Made by a program: the position numbers and the translations under genes
Assembly: GCA_964230605.1 (NCBI GenBank)
Contig: CAXRIN010000012.1
Coordinates: forward strand, 1-54,586
Origin: Flavobacteriaceae bacterium
GTDB taxonomy: Bacteria > Bacteroidota > Bacteroidia > Flavobacteriales_C > GCA-002722245
Direction: 5' to 3'
DNA length: 54,586 nt
Part shown: positions 29,292 through 38,530 of the stretch, in pieces
Layout of the letters: every line of letters starts with the position of its first letter
Numbering within the stretch: the stretch's first letter is position 1
Notes under the pieces: generated by a model
Database searches by the model: none
Seen by the model: the letters and a program-made list of their open reading frames with translations, nothing else
Told to the model about the DNA's origin: nothing

Positions 29292-29792
29292 ATGTCTAAA
29301 TTCGACGGAGGTAATAAAAAAAGAGAAGAACCAGGAATATCTACGGCATCCCTACCGGACATCGTATTTATGTTACTTTTCTTCTTCATGGTTGCTACAA
29401 AATCTAAGGATAATGAAGCAAGCGTTATGGTTAAATTGCCTACAGCTACCGAGACTGGAAAGTTGGAAGACAAAACACCTACTGCATATATTCAACTAGG
29501 AGTTCCTGTAAAATCAATGCAAAAAATTTACGGTGATAAAACCGCAATTCAGTTGAATGATGCCATTAAAGAAAAGAAAGATATTCGCCAATTCTTAGAT
29601 GAGAAGAGGGCAAGTATTAAAGCTAACTACTCGGATGTTGCACCAGAAATTGGGGCTTCAAAAGCCAAACAGATGGTAGTTTGTTTGAAAGTAGATAAGA
29701 AAACAAAATTAGGTGTAGTTTCTGAAGTTAAAGAAGAATTGAGAGATGCTTCAGCGCTTAAAATTAACTATATCGTAAACGAAGGTAAATAG
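29292..29792 (+). CDS. exbD: ExbD/TolR-family biopolymer transport protein
   Basis: 166-aa ORF with ISTASLPDIVFMLLFFFMVAT motif. Second ExbD paralogue in the cluster. Confidence 0.85.
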   Translation: MSKFDGGNKKREEPGISTASLPDIVFMLLFFFMVATKSKDNEASVMVKLPTATETGKLEDKTPTAYIQLGVPVKSMQKIYGDKTAIQLNDAIKEKKDIRQFLDEKRASIKANYSDVAPEIGASKAKQMVVCLKVDKKTKLGVVSEVKEELRDASALKINYIVNEGK

Positions 29793-29817
29793 TAACTTTC
29801 ACACTCAAAAAACGTAT

Positions 29818-29845
29818 GCCACTTCCAATTGGGAGTGGCTTTTTG
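29818..29845 (+). terminator. Rho-independent terminator of the exb cluster
   Basis: gccacttccaattgggagtggc near-palindromic hairpin followed by ttttt, 26 nt after the exbD stop. Confidence 0.7.
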
Positions 29846-29875
29846 TTACTTTTCATTTGCTTTAAAACCTTTCAT

Positions 29876-30556
29876 ATGCCATTAGATCTTGAGCGTGTCG
29901 CCTTAATTGGACGAACTTACAACGAGTATAAAAGAATGTTTGATGTTACCAGAGAATCTCTTGAAAACAAAAAGATTTTAGACGTTGCTGCTGGTGTAAG
30001 TAATTTTTGTGCAATTGGTAATGTCTTCGGTTTAAACATAACTGCTGTAGATCCTATTTACCATTTAATGGCGGATGAAATTGAAATTCAAGCAGAAAAG
30101 GATTTAGAGCTTGTAGTTATTAAACTCCCTGTAAATTCTTCCCATTATAACTGGGATTTTTATGGAGATATAGAAGGTGTTAGAGTGAGTAGAATGAAAG
30201 CTTACCAAACCTTTTTAACAGATTACCAAAATAACCCAAGTAATTACATACCGGGCGAAATTGGAAATCTCCCATTTGAGGATAAAAGCTTTGATGTAAC
30301 ACTCGTTTCTCATTTGATGTTCCTTTACGACAATCTTTTCTCAGCTGAAGACCATATTGCTATGTTCCGTGAATTATTGCGCGTAACAAGAGAAGAAATT
30401 ATCATTTTCCCTACCAAAAACTTAAGTGGCGAAAACTGTAAATGGGTTGATTTAATTATTAAAAATCCAGAGTTTTTAGATCATACTTTCCGACTAGAAA
30501 AATCTCAATTTGAATTCCAAAAAGGAAATTATTTAAGATTAAGGGTGACGGTTTAA
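29876..30556 (+). CDS. Class I SAM-dependent methyltransferase
   Basis: ILDVAAGVSNF motif I and FDVTLVSHLMF post-motif II region. The track start (29816) lies inside the preceding terminator hairpin, so the ATG at 29876 (MPLDLERV) is preferred. Confidence 0.65.
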   Translation: MPLDLERVALIGRTYNEYKRMFDVTRESLENKKILDVAAGVSNFCAIGNVFGLNITAVDPIYHLMADEIEIQAEKDLELVVIKLPVNSSHYNWDFYGDIEGVRVSRMKAYQTFLTDYQNNPSNYIPGEIGNLPFEDKSFDVTLVSHLMFLYDNLFSAEDHIAMFRELLRVTREEIIIFPTKNLSGENCKWVDLIIKNPEFLDHTFRLEKSQFEFQKGNYLRLRVTV

Positions 30557-30576
30557 CTCTATAATTTAAAGGTCGA

Positions 30577-30718
30577 CTCCCTCAGAGCACTCCGAGTTCT
30601 CGGAGGGAAATGTAATGAATTAAGATAGCATAATAATATGAGTTGCTATGGCCTATTTTCATAGGCCACTACAGAAGAGTTCAATAATGTATTAAACCCT
30701 CTGAGTACTCTGAGGGAG
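30577..30718. repeat. Composite MITE-like element: CTCCCTCAGAG-type terminal inverted repeats enclosing REP-like hairpin copy B
   Basis: Left end ctccctcagagcactc (30577-). The right end, reverse-complemented, reads ctccctcagagtactc (-30718). The central 27-mer at 30647-30673 is identical to 26791-26817. Each end is itself hairpin-forming. Confidence 0.7.
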
Positions 30719-30723
30719 AAAAC

Positions 30724-30752
30724 AAAAAAAGGCTGCTCGTTGAGCAGCCTTT
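30724..30752 (-). terminator. Rho-independent terminator of pgk
   Basis: aaggctgctc-gtt-gagcagcctt hairpin. On the minus transcript it is followed by a T7 run. It lies 20 nt after the pgk stop. Confidence 0.8.
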
Positions 30753-30771
30753 CAAATATTTAAATCGAAAA

Positions 30772-31962
30772 TTAATTCAAAATAGCATCAACTCCTGGAA
30801 GAACTTTTCCTTCTAGAAGCTCTAATAAAGCTCCTCCTCCTGTTGAGATATAAGAAACTTGATCAGCTAAACCATATTTGTTAATTGCAGCAACTGAATC
30901 ACCTCCACCAATTAACGTGAAAGCTCCATTTTCTGTTGCTTTAACAACTGATTCAGCAATAGCTTTTGTTCCACCACCAAAAGTGTCTAATTCAAAAACA
31001 CCTACTGGTCCGTTCCAAAGTACAGTTCCAGATTGCTCAATTACGCTAGCAAATACTTTTCTTGATTCTGGTCCAGCATCTAAACCTTCCCATCCATCAG
31101 GAATTTCACCAGCTGTAGCAACTTGAGTGTTAGCGTCATTTGAGAAACCATCAGCAATAATTGAATCAACTGGAAGGTAAACATTAACACCTTTTTCTTT
31201 AGCTTGTTTTAAAACATCTAAAGCAGTGTCCAAGTAATCCATTTCAACAATTGAATTACCAATATTTCCACCTTTTGCTTTCGAGAAAGTATATCCCATT
31301 CCTCCACCAATGATTAGATTATCAACCTTATCTAACAATTGGTTAATGATTTGGATTTTTGAAGAAACTTTAGATCCTCCCATAATAGCAGTTAAAGGAG
31401 CTTTTCCAGACTTGATTGCTTTATCTATACTTTCTAATTCGCTAGCTAATAACAATCCAAACATTTTATCATTTGGGAAAAACTTTGCAATAATTGTTGT
31501 TGATGCATGAGCTCTGTGCGCAGTTCCAAAAGCATCATTAACATAACAATCGGCTAATTTTGAAAGCTTTTCAGCGAAAGCCTCATCACCAGCAGTTTCT
31601 TCTTTGTAAAATCTTAAGTTATCTAACAATAAAACTTCTCCAGCCTTTAAGTCTGCTGCAGCAGCTTCAACATCAGCACCTACACAATCAGACACAAACT
31701 TTACGTCAACACCTAAGTGCTCAGAAACTTTTGCAACGATGTGTTTAAGAGAAAACTTGTCTTCTGGACCATTTTTTGGTCTACCTAAGTGCGACATTAA
31801 AATAGCACTTCCTCCTTTCTCTAAAATAGTTTTGATAGTAGGAGCGGCGGCTCTAATTCTTGTATCATCAGTTACATTGAAATTTTCATCAAGAGGCACG
31901 TTAAAGTCAACTCTAACAATTGCTTTCTTACCTGAAAAATCATAATCTCTTACAGTGTTCAT
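30772..31962 (-). CDS. pgk: Phosphoglycerate kinase
   Basis: 396-aa ORF. RVDFNVP, SHLGRP, and GGGDS / STGGGA motifs. Confidence 0.97.
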   Translation of the reverse strand: MNTVRDYDFSGKKAIVRVDFNVPLDENFNVTDDTRIRAAAPTIKTILEKGGSAILMSHLGRPKNGPEDKFSLKHIVAKVSEHLGVDVKFVSDCVGADVEAAAADLKAGEVLLLDNLRFYKEETAGDEAFAEKLSKLADCYVNDAFGTAHRAHASTTIIAKFFPNDKMFGLLLASELESIDKAIKSGKAPLTAIMGGSKVSSKIQIINQLLDKVDNLIIGGGMGYTFSKAKGGNIGNSIVEMDYLDTALDVLKQAKEKGVNVYLPVDSIIADGFSNDANTQVATAGEIPDGWEGLDAGPESRKVFASVIEQSGTVLWNGPVGVFELDTFGGGTKAIAESVVKATENGAFTLIGGGDSVAAINKYGLADQVSYISTGGGALLELLEGKVLPGVDAILN

Positions 31963-32065
31963 ATTGAATAAATGTTTATTTCTTAATTAATACCTTTTCG
32001 GTCGGTCTCAAATTTAATGATTCTTGTTGGTTTATTATTCCTGTTTTGCAATAATGTTTTTAACG

Positions 32066-32145
32066 CCCTCAGAGCACATCAACTTATAAAAGAAATACTT
32101 TTAAAACCAATTGTAATACTGTGAATTCTCTAACATCTCTGAGGG
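32066..32145. repeat. Short element bounded by inverted CCCTCAGAG / CTCTGAGGG (same termini as 30577-30718)
   Basis: ccctcagag at 32066-32074 and ctctgaggg at 32137-32145, 62 nt apart. It sits in the divergent pgk/holB intergenic region. Confidence 0.5.
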
Positions 32146-32168
32146 ATAATTTTTTATCTTTATATTTC

Positions 32169-33302
32169 ATGCAATTCAAAGATGTTGTTGGACATAGCGA
32201 GGTTAAAAAACACTTAATTGATAGTGTAAAAAACAATCGAATTAGCCATGCCCAATTATTTTTGGGCAACGAAGGGAATGGTAATTTTCAACTTGCACTA
32301 GCTTATGCCCAATTCATTAACTGTGAATCACCGTTAGAAGTAGATTCTTGTGGGAAATGTAGTAGCTGTGTTAAGTATCAAAACTTTCAGCATCCTGACT
32401 TAAATTTCTTTTATCCTACTTCAATTGGTAATGATGTAAAAACTCAGCCCTCTAGCAAAAAATTACTTGGTCATTGGATTGATTTTTTACACCAAAACGA
32501 ATACTTTGAATTAAAGGATTGGATGAATCATATTGGTGCTGGTGAACGATTATCCATAATCAACAAATTGGATAGTCAGGACATCATCAAGTCTTTATCC
32601 TTAAAAAACTTTGAAGCCAAATACAAAGTGGTAATTATTTGGTGGCCAGAGAAAATGAATATCGAATGTTCGAACAAAATTTTAAAAGTTTTGGAAGAAC
32701 CAACTCCAAACTCACTTTTTCTTTTAGTTGGACATAACTCCGATGATATACTCGCTACAATAATTTCCAGAGTTCAAATTATCAAAACAGGACTGTTATC
32801 CGATTCTGAAATCCGACAAGGTTTACTGGATAAAGAAGGAGTTCCAGAGGATTTAGCCGATTCTTTATCGGTAATGGCTGGTGGTAATTTCACAAAGGCT
32901 TTAGAATTGGTAAACAACCCTGAAGGAGATGAAAAGTTTATAGCGCTCTTTCAAACATGGATGAGATTGTGTTATGTTGTAGACTACCTCGGACTTGAAA
33001 AATGGGTAGATGAAATCCACAACATGGGAAGAATAAAACAAAAGGATTTCTTGGAATACGGATTGAGAGTTTTTAGGGAATGCATGGTATACAATTACGC
33101 CAATCCCGAATTAAATAGACTTCATCGAAAAGAAGAAATTTTCAATGCAAAATTTTCTAAATTCATTCATGGAGGAAACATTTTAGATATTATTGAAGTT
33201 TTCGAACATACCCATACAGGTATATTAAGAAATGCTTATGCTAAAATTGCTTTCATGAACCTGAGTTTAAAAATGTGTAACCTTTTGAAATACAAGCCTT
33301 AA
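32169..33302 (+). CDS. holB: DNA polymerase III subunit delta'
   Basis: MQFKDVVGHSEVKKHL start, HAQLF..EGNG degenerate P-loop, CGKCSSC zinc module, and KILKVLEEP and SR motifs. The track start (GTG 32121) would read through the repeat element, so the ATG at 32169 is preferred. Confidence 0.8.
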   Translation: MQFKDVVGHSEVKKHLIDSVKNNRISHAQLFLGNEGNGNFQLALAYAQFINCESPLEVDSCGKCSSCVKYQNFQHPDLNFFYPTSIGNDVKTQPSSKKLLGHWIDFLHQNEYFELKDWMNHIGAGERLSIINKLDSQDIIKSLSLKNFEAKYKVVIIWWPEKMNIECSNKILKVLEEPTPNSLFLLVGHNSDDILATIISRVQIIKTGLLSDSEIRQGLLDKEGVPEDLADSLSVMAGGNFTKALELVNNPEGDEKFIALFQTWMRLCYVVDYLGLEKWVDEIHNMGRIKQKDFLEYGLRVFRECMVYNYANPELNRLHRKEEIFNAKFSKFIHGGNILDIIEVFEHTHTGILRNAYAKIAFMNLSLKMCNLLKYKP

Positions 33303-33803
33303 ATGATTCCTGAGTCAATCAAAGATCTTCATGTGAAATCTAAATTCTTTTTTGGATCTCAGTTTTTAAAAGAGATTCTACCTAGGATTAGTGAGGATTT
33401 AGATATTGATTTTCTCCTGATAGGAAAACTCATTTCTAACTCTACTCAAATTCAATCTTTAGTTTACTCAAAGAATGACGATAAATTTCTTCCTCTGAAA
33501 TACGACTTGCGCGCAACTCCTTGTGAACTTACAACGCGGGACAATTATTGTTGTTATGAAAGTAACGTTTCAAAACTATTTCCAGATGATTACTTGTTAG
33601 AGGAAATGCAAATTGAAGGATACATTGGTATTTCATTTGCCAGTTCATTGGAAAAAGTTGAAGGGGTAATTGTCGCATTAACTCATAATCCTATCAACAA
33701 TACCAATTCCATTACCGAAAGCTTAAAGTTGTTTCAAAATAAAATTGCTGAGGAAATTAAGAAAGAAGGCGTGAAAATTTTAAACCCTGAATATTATCAA
33801 TAA
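33303..33803 (+). CDS. Hypothetical protein (possibly GAF-like fold)
   Basis: 166-aa ORF whose ATG directly follows the holB TAA, which suggests translational coupling. The GAF-like impression is weak. Confidence 0.5.
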   Translation: MIPESIKDLHVKSKFFFGSQFLKEILPRISEDLDIDFLLIGKLISNSTQIQSLVYSKNDDKFLPLKYDLRATPCELTTRDNYCCYESNVSKLFPDDYLLEEMQIEGYIGISFASSLEKVEGVIVALTHNPINNTNSITESLKLFQNKIAEEIKKEGVKILNPEYYQ

Positions 33804-33804
33804 A

Positions 33805-33830
33805 AAAGACTGCTTCGGGGGCAGTCTTTA
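33805..33830 (+). terminator. Putative terminator hairpin
   Basis: aaagactgc-ttcgggg-gcagtcttt hairpin right after the stop. The T tail is short. Confidence 0.5.
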
Positions 33831-33919
33831 GGGTAACAAACTAAAACAAAAGGGTGGGGTTATTAATTCATTAGCGAAAGTTTTCTTCTTTTATTGCATC
33901 AACAAACTATCTTTATTTC

Positions 33920-34960
33920 ATGGTTATTCTTTTTGCTGGGAGATATACAAGTGATTATAATAGAAATAAAATCATTTTAGATGGTCTTCAAAAAAAAGAA
34001 GGAGTTAAGGTGATAGAATACAAATTCCGAAAACGAAAGGAGTTTGATCCAGTTAAATTCAAAGCCCTAGTTGAAGAAAGTGATTTTGTTTACTGCCCTT
34101 CCTTTTCACATAAATTTGTAAGATTAATCAAAAAGTATAGCAACAAACCTGTAATTTTTGATCCGCTCATATCTAACTATCTCACCAAGGTTTTTGACTA
34201 CAAAAATGTTTCTCGATGGTCACCAAGAGCTTATAAAAACTACTTAAAAGATAAACTTCCATTTAAGGCTGTAGACCTACTCTTGGCGGATACAGAGCAA
34301 CACAGACAATACTATCATAAAACCTTCGGAATTCCTTTGAATAAAATTGAAGTTCTCCCAGTTGGCGCGAATACTTCAGAATTCCAACCGCAAGATATTT
34401 CTCAAAATGAAATTTTCACCGTTGGTTTCTATGGCGGATTTATCCCTCTTCAAGGAGTGAAATTTATCATTGAAGCAGCAGAACTATTAAAATCAGAACA
34501 AATTCAGTTTCATTTAATTGGTACTGGTTATCAATACCAAGAAATGCAAGACTTAGCGAAAGAGAAACATCTGTCTAATATTCACTTTGATGGTTGGTCG
34601 GATTACAAGGATTTACCTGAAAAAATATCAAAGTTTGACATTTGTCTTGGGATATTTGGTGACACACCCAAAGCACCACTTGTAATTCCAAATAAAATAT
34701 ATCATTACGCTGCAATGGGTAAACCTATAATTACAATGGAATCACCTGCTATAAAAGAAGTTTTTTCCTCAAATGAAAACATCATTCTCACACACAATGA
34801 TGGTCAATCCTTAGCCAATGCTATTCTCGATTTAAAAAATAACAAAGAGAAAAGAACCCAACTAGGAAATAACGCCAGAAAGCTTGCTGAACAAAGTTTC
34901 AGTGAAGATAAGATAGCGGAAAAACTTATTGGATACGCAAAAAAGCTCCTTAATCAATAA
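33920..34960 (+). CDS. GT-B fold glycosyltransferase (family 4/1-like)
   Basis: 346-aa ORF. The C-terminal half has the GT1/GT4 pattern (FYGGFIPLQGVKFIIEAA, IPNKIYHYAAMGKPII, ending in E-rich helices). Confidence 0.75.
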   Translation: MVILFAGRYTSDYNRNKIILDGLQKKEGVKVIEYKFRKRKEFDPVKFKALVEESDFVYCPSFSHKFVRLIKKYSNKPVIFDPLISNYLTKVFDYKNVSRWSPRAYKNYLKDKLPFKAVDLLLADTEQHRQYYHKTFGIPLNKIEVLPVGANTSEFQPQDISQNEIFTVGFYGGFIPLQGVKFIIEAAELLKSEQIQFHLIGTGYQYQEMQDLAKEKHLSNIHFDGWSDYKDLPEKISKFDICLGIFGDTPKAPLVIPNKIYHYAAMGKPIITMESPAIKEVFSSNENIILTHNDGQSLANAILDLKNNKEKRTQLGNNARKLAEQSFSEDKIAEKLIGYAKKLLNQ

Positions 34961-35771
34961 GGAACTTTTTGCTGGAATAACAATCGATCACGAACTTTTC
35001 CAAAACCTTCAAACAAGGATATTTATCCTCATAAAAACACATATGCCCGCCTTTTTCTGAAAGATGAAATTGACCATTTTCACACAATTCACTTTGAGAT
35101 TTCAAATCGCGCCAACGAATAACCTGATCATTTTTGCCTGCAACACATAAAACTGGATATGGTGCAAATCGAAGAATAATTTCACGATCAGGACGAATTT
35201 TCATCCCTTCTAAAGCCGCTAAAATCCCTTGTTTAGGAGTAGAAAGCGCCATGTTTAAAACTCGTCTAATCGCACCTCGAAGTGTTGGCGTATTATTCGC
35301 AACAAACAGATTAGGAATTGCCTCTTTGATGAACATTTCGTGATTTCGTTTCACCACTTCAATTGCTCTGTTTCTAAACTTCACTTTTTCCTCTGAATCC
35401 GGTTTTGCTGTTGAATTGAATAAACACAATCCATTTAAAGCATCAGGATATAAATCCCCAAAAGCTAGTGCTACATAACCACCTAATGAATGCCCAACAA
35501 TAATCGCTTTTCGTTTGTTATTATCCTCTAAAACTTGCTTAACACATCCAGCCATTTCTTCCATTGTATGGACATAACCCATACAATCACTTGCTCCATG
35601 CCCAGGAAGATCAATAGCATAAACCGTATTGTGTTTTGCTAATACCTTAGCATAATCATCCCACACTTTATGGTTTTCCATAAAACCATGAATTAAAACC
35701 ACGGTTCTTTTAGAATTCCCTTTTCGAGAGTAGTTGATTTTTGTGCCCTTATAAACAGCTGTTTTAAGCAT
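34950..35771 (-). CDS. Alpha/beta hydrolase fold protein
   Basis: 273-aa ORF. HGFMEN, GHSLGG nucleophile elbow and a C-terminal GGH. Its 3' end overlaps the convergent glycosyltransferase gene by 11 nt. Confidence 0.8.
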   Translation of the reverse strand: MLKTAVYKGTKINYSRKGNSKRTVVLIHGFMENHKVWDDYAKVLAKHNTVYAIDLPGHGASDCMGYVHTMEEMAGCVKQVLEDNNKRKAIIVGHSLGGYVALAFGDLYPDALNGLCLFNSTAKPDSEEKVKFRNRAIEVVKRNHEMFIKEAIPNLFVANNTPTLRGAIRRVLNMALSTPKQGILAALEGMKIRPDREIILRFAPYPVLCVAGKNDQVIRWRDLKSQSELCENGQFHLSEKGGHMCFYEDKYPCLKVLEKFVIDCYSSKKFLID

Positions 35772-35896
35772 GAAGCAAAAATAAAAATAAGGTCATTTTT
35801 CTGCTAATGAAGTTATAAACAAGTTATAAGCGAGGTGAAATATTGAATTAGACGAAAAATAGGGTTATTTTAGTAGCTAAACTAAAACATAGGAAT

Positions 35897-36805
35897 ATGA
35901 AAAAACTTTTACTATCAATCTTCGCTATTGCTTCTTTAACAGCATCCGCTACTGGAACTACTATAGGTTCAAGTGAATTAAATTGGACAATTGGAAATGC
36001 ATGGTACATGGAAGTGACAACTGGAAAATCAATTGCTGATTTCGCTAGTTCAGGAACAGGTGTTTCATGGGATTTCACTTCATATGAAGGTGCCTCTACA
36101 AAAGATACAATCAAAATTTCAGCGGCTACTGTTAGTGGTGCTAATCTTTCGATTAAATCAGACGTCATTCCAAATACTAATTACATCTCAAACGCTGGTG
36201 ATTATGAAATCAAATCGTTCAATGTTATGAATATAGATGTTTCAATGAATGGTTCGTTATCAATTGGTTTAGATCATATGGATGGTGTTTCTTGGAATCC
36301 ATCTACAACTACTCCTAACTTAATTAATCCAACTCTTCCTGCTATCCCTACAACTTTAACAGGATCTGTTTTAGCTTCAGGACAAGTAACAACAAGCTAT
36401 GGTACTTTTGATGCATTATTGGTTAAAGAGCAATTTGTTATTACAGGTTATGTTGACATGACTTTCTACTACTGGGAAACTGCTGAGTATGGTAGAATTG
36501 CTACTTTAATTGATGGAAGCTTTAGCTTAATGGCTCAAAATAACTTTAACGTTATTACTTCATCAAACAATGTTGAAGCAAGCTCATTTAATGTATTTCC
36601 AAACCCTGCAACAGATAACTTTACTGTTCAAGCTGAAGGTTTAGAAAACGTAAGAGTTTTTGATGCTTTAGGAAATTTAGTAATTAACCAAACAGTTATG
36701 GGTAATACTGTAATAGTTGATACTAAAACTTTAAACGCTGGAGTTTATTTTGTACAAGCTACTTCAAATGGCGTTGCTTCTACTTCAAGAGTTATTGTAA
36801 AGTAA
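35897..36805 (+). CDS. T9SS C-terminal sorting domain-containing secreted protein
   Basis: Signal peptide MKKLLLSIFAIASLTASA. The C-terminal ~75 aa (FNVFPNPATDNFTVQAEGLENVRVFDALGNLV...GVYFVQATSNGVASTSRVIVK) match the type A Por secretion tail pattern. Confidence 0.8.
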   Translation: MKKLLLSIFAIASLTASATGTTIGSSELNWTIGNAWYMEVTTGKSIADFASSGTGVSWDFTSYEGASTKDTIKISAATVSGANLSIKSDVIPNTNYISNAGDYEIKSFNVMNIDVSMNGSLSIGLDHMDGVSWNPSTTTPNLINPTLPAIPTTLTGSVLASGQVTTSYGTFDALLVKEQFVITGYVDMTFYYWETAEYGRIATLIDGSFSLMAQNNFNVITSSNNVEASSFNVFPNPATDNFTVQAEGLENVRVFDALGNLVINQTVMGNTVIVDTKTLNAGVYFVQATSNGVASTSRVIVK

Positions 36806-36826
36806 TTTATTGCACTGCATAAATTC

Positions 36827-36862
36827 AAAGCCAATCCTTTTACGGATTGGCTTTTTCTTTTT
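36827..36862 (+). terminator. Rho-independent terminator
   Basis: aaagccaatcc-ttttac-ggattggcttt hairpin followed by a T-rich tail. Confidence 0.8.
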
Positions 36863-37054
36863 CAAAGAATTGGGGTTGTAACATTATGATTTGACACACG
36901 TTTATTATATTTACACCCACTATCCTTATTACCTGAAACTTTAAACCTTTAACTGTTAAGGTGTTAGTTGAGAATTTGTTTCCTTAAATAATAAAAAGGA
37001 ACTTTGTCTCGCTAATTAACGTTGGTAGGCGCACAATAAATGACCTAGAGACTA

Positions 37055-38527
37055 ATGAAAAATTGGATAGTAATCTTACTAGTTTTTTGTAGCTTGAGCC
37101 AATATGCTCAGGTAGACTCTCTGCGTAATGACTCCATAATAGAAACTCATTTTATCCCAGACGATCCGTTTTTGGCTATGTTGGATAGTTTGCATGAGGC
37201 TCAAATTTTTAATGAGAATCCTATCTCCTATAGCACTCAAGAATTAAACATTCATGGTTTCCCATTAGATTCCATTCCCGTTTATAGTGATTCAATCATG
37301 AATTTAAGATTCCAAAGCTTAAACCATTGGTCACCTATAGAATTCACCTTTAATGAAAAGGTTAAGAAACACATTAAAGTTTATGGAACTCACAGAAGGT
37401 TAATGTTATCCAAAGTAATGGGTATGTCGGAATTATATTTCCCCATGATTGAAGAACAGCTTGAAAAAGAAGACCTTCCAATGGAGTTAAAATATCTTCC
37501 TGTAGTTGAATCTGCACTAAACAACACTGTTAGGTCAAGAGCGGGAGCCCTAGGAATGTGGCAATTTATGTATCGAACAGGAAAGTACCTAGGCCTTGAA
37601 ATCAACTCTTATATTGATGAAAGAAGAGATCCAATAAAATCAACTCAAACTGCCATAAAGTATTTAAAATATTTATATGAAATGTACGATGATTGGTCAT
37701 TGGCGTTAGCTGCATATAACGCAGGACCTGGAAATGTAAACAAGGCAATAAGAAGAGCTGGTGGACAAAAAAACTTTTGGGCGATTCAATATCACTTACC
37801 ACAAGAAACAAGAAACTATGTGCCTTCTTTTATGGCTGTCACCTACTTAATGACTCACTCCGCTGATCATAACTTGTATCCTGTGAAACCTAAGTTTGAA
37901 ATTAGAAATATTGATACGATTACAGTAACAAAATCAATACACCTTAATCAAATTGCCAATGTTTTATGTGTTCCATACGAGGATTTAGTTTTCCTGAACC
38001 CTCAATATAAAAGAGCCTACATTCCTGTAAAAGAAAACGACTCTGTTACTTATACAATTACTCTACCGGTTAACATGATTGGCGATTTCATCGCTAATGA
38101 GGAAATAATATACAATTACAAAGATCCAGAGGTAAATACGGCTCCTGAAGATTTGTATGCAAACAGAAGTGAGGTAGTTCATCGCGTTCGTAAAGGTGAA
38201 AGCGTGGGACTTATAGCACAACGTTATAATGTAAGAATATCTGACGTCAGAGAATGGAATAACTTGAATAGCAGAAGCTACATTTATCCGGGCCAGAAAC
38301 TAGTTATTTTCGCCAAAGATGGCTCAACAGCTGCTAGAGGTTACACAATTAATAATGAGGAAACATATAATGGTTACCTTTACTATACTATCCGTAGCGG
38401 AGATACGTTATGGGATATAGCTAAAAAATACCAAGGTGTTTCTGCTGATGATATTATTAAACTTAATAGAATTTCATCCAGAAAAGTATTGAAGCCTGGT
38501 ATGAAAATTAAAATTAAGTCTACATAA
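37055..38527 (+). CDS. Lytic murein transglycosylase (SLT domain) with two C-terminal LysM domains, MltD-like
   Basis: 490-aa ORF. ES..N...S.AGA.G.WQFM SLT catalytic motif (VVESALNNTVRSRAGALGMWQFM), AYNAGPGNV, and two LysM-like repeats (HRVRKGESVGLIAQRY; YTIRSGDTLWDIAKKY). Confidence 0.8.
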   Translation: MKNWIVILLVFCSLSQYAQVDSLRNDSIIETHFIPDDPFLAMLDSLHEAQIFNENPISYSTQELNIHGFPLDSIPVYSDSIMNLRFQSLNHWSPIEFTFNEKVKKHIKVYGTHRRLMLSKVMGMSELYFPMIEEQLEKEDLPMELKYLPVVESALNNTVRSRAGALGMWQFMYRTGKYLGLEINSYIDERRDPIKSTQTAIKYLKYLYEMYDDWSLALAAYNAGPGNVNKAIRRAGGQKNFWAIQYHLPQETRNYVPSFMAVTYLMTHSADHNLYPVKPKFEIRNIDTITVTKSIHLNQIANVLCVPYEDLVFLNPQYKRAYIPVKENDSVTYTITLPVNMIGDFIANEEIIYNYKDPEVNTAPEDLYANRSEVVHRVRKGESVGLIAQRYNVRISDVREWNNLNSRSYIYPGQKLVIFAKDGSTAARGYTINNEETYNGYLYYTIRSGDTLWDIAKKYQGVSADDIIKLNRISSRKVLKPGMKIKIKST

Positions 38528-38530
38528 AAA

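Noticed and set aside
32084-32269. 61-aa minus-strand ORF, and the GTG-initiated extension of holB (32121-32168).
   Set aside because: Both run through the CCCTCAGAG/CTCTGAGGG element in the intergenic region. The holB homology begins at MQFKDVVGH (ATG at 32169).
34950-34960. 11-nt 3'-end overlap of the convergent glycosyltransferase and hydrolase genes, as a regulatory feature.
   Set aside because: Short convergent overlaps are common in compact genomes. No structure or repeat is associated with it.
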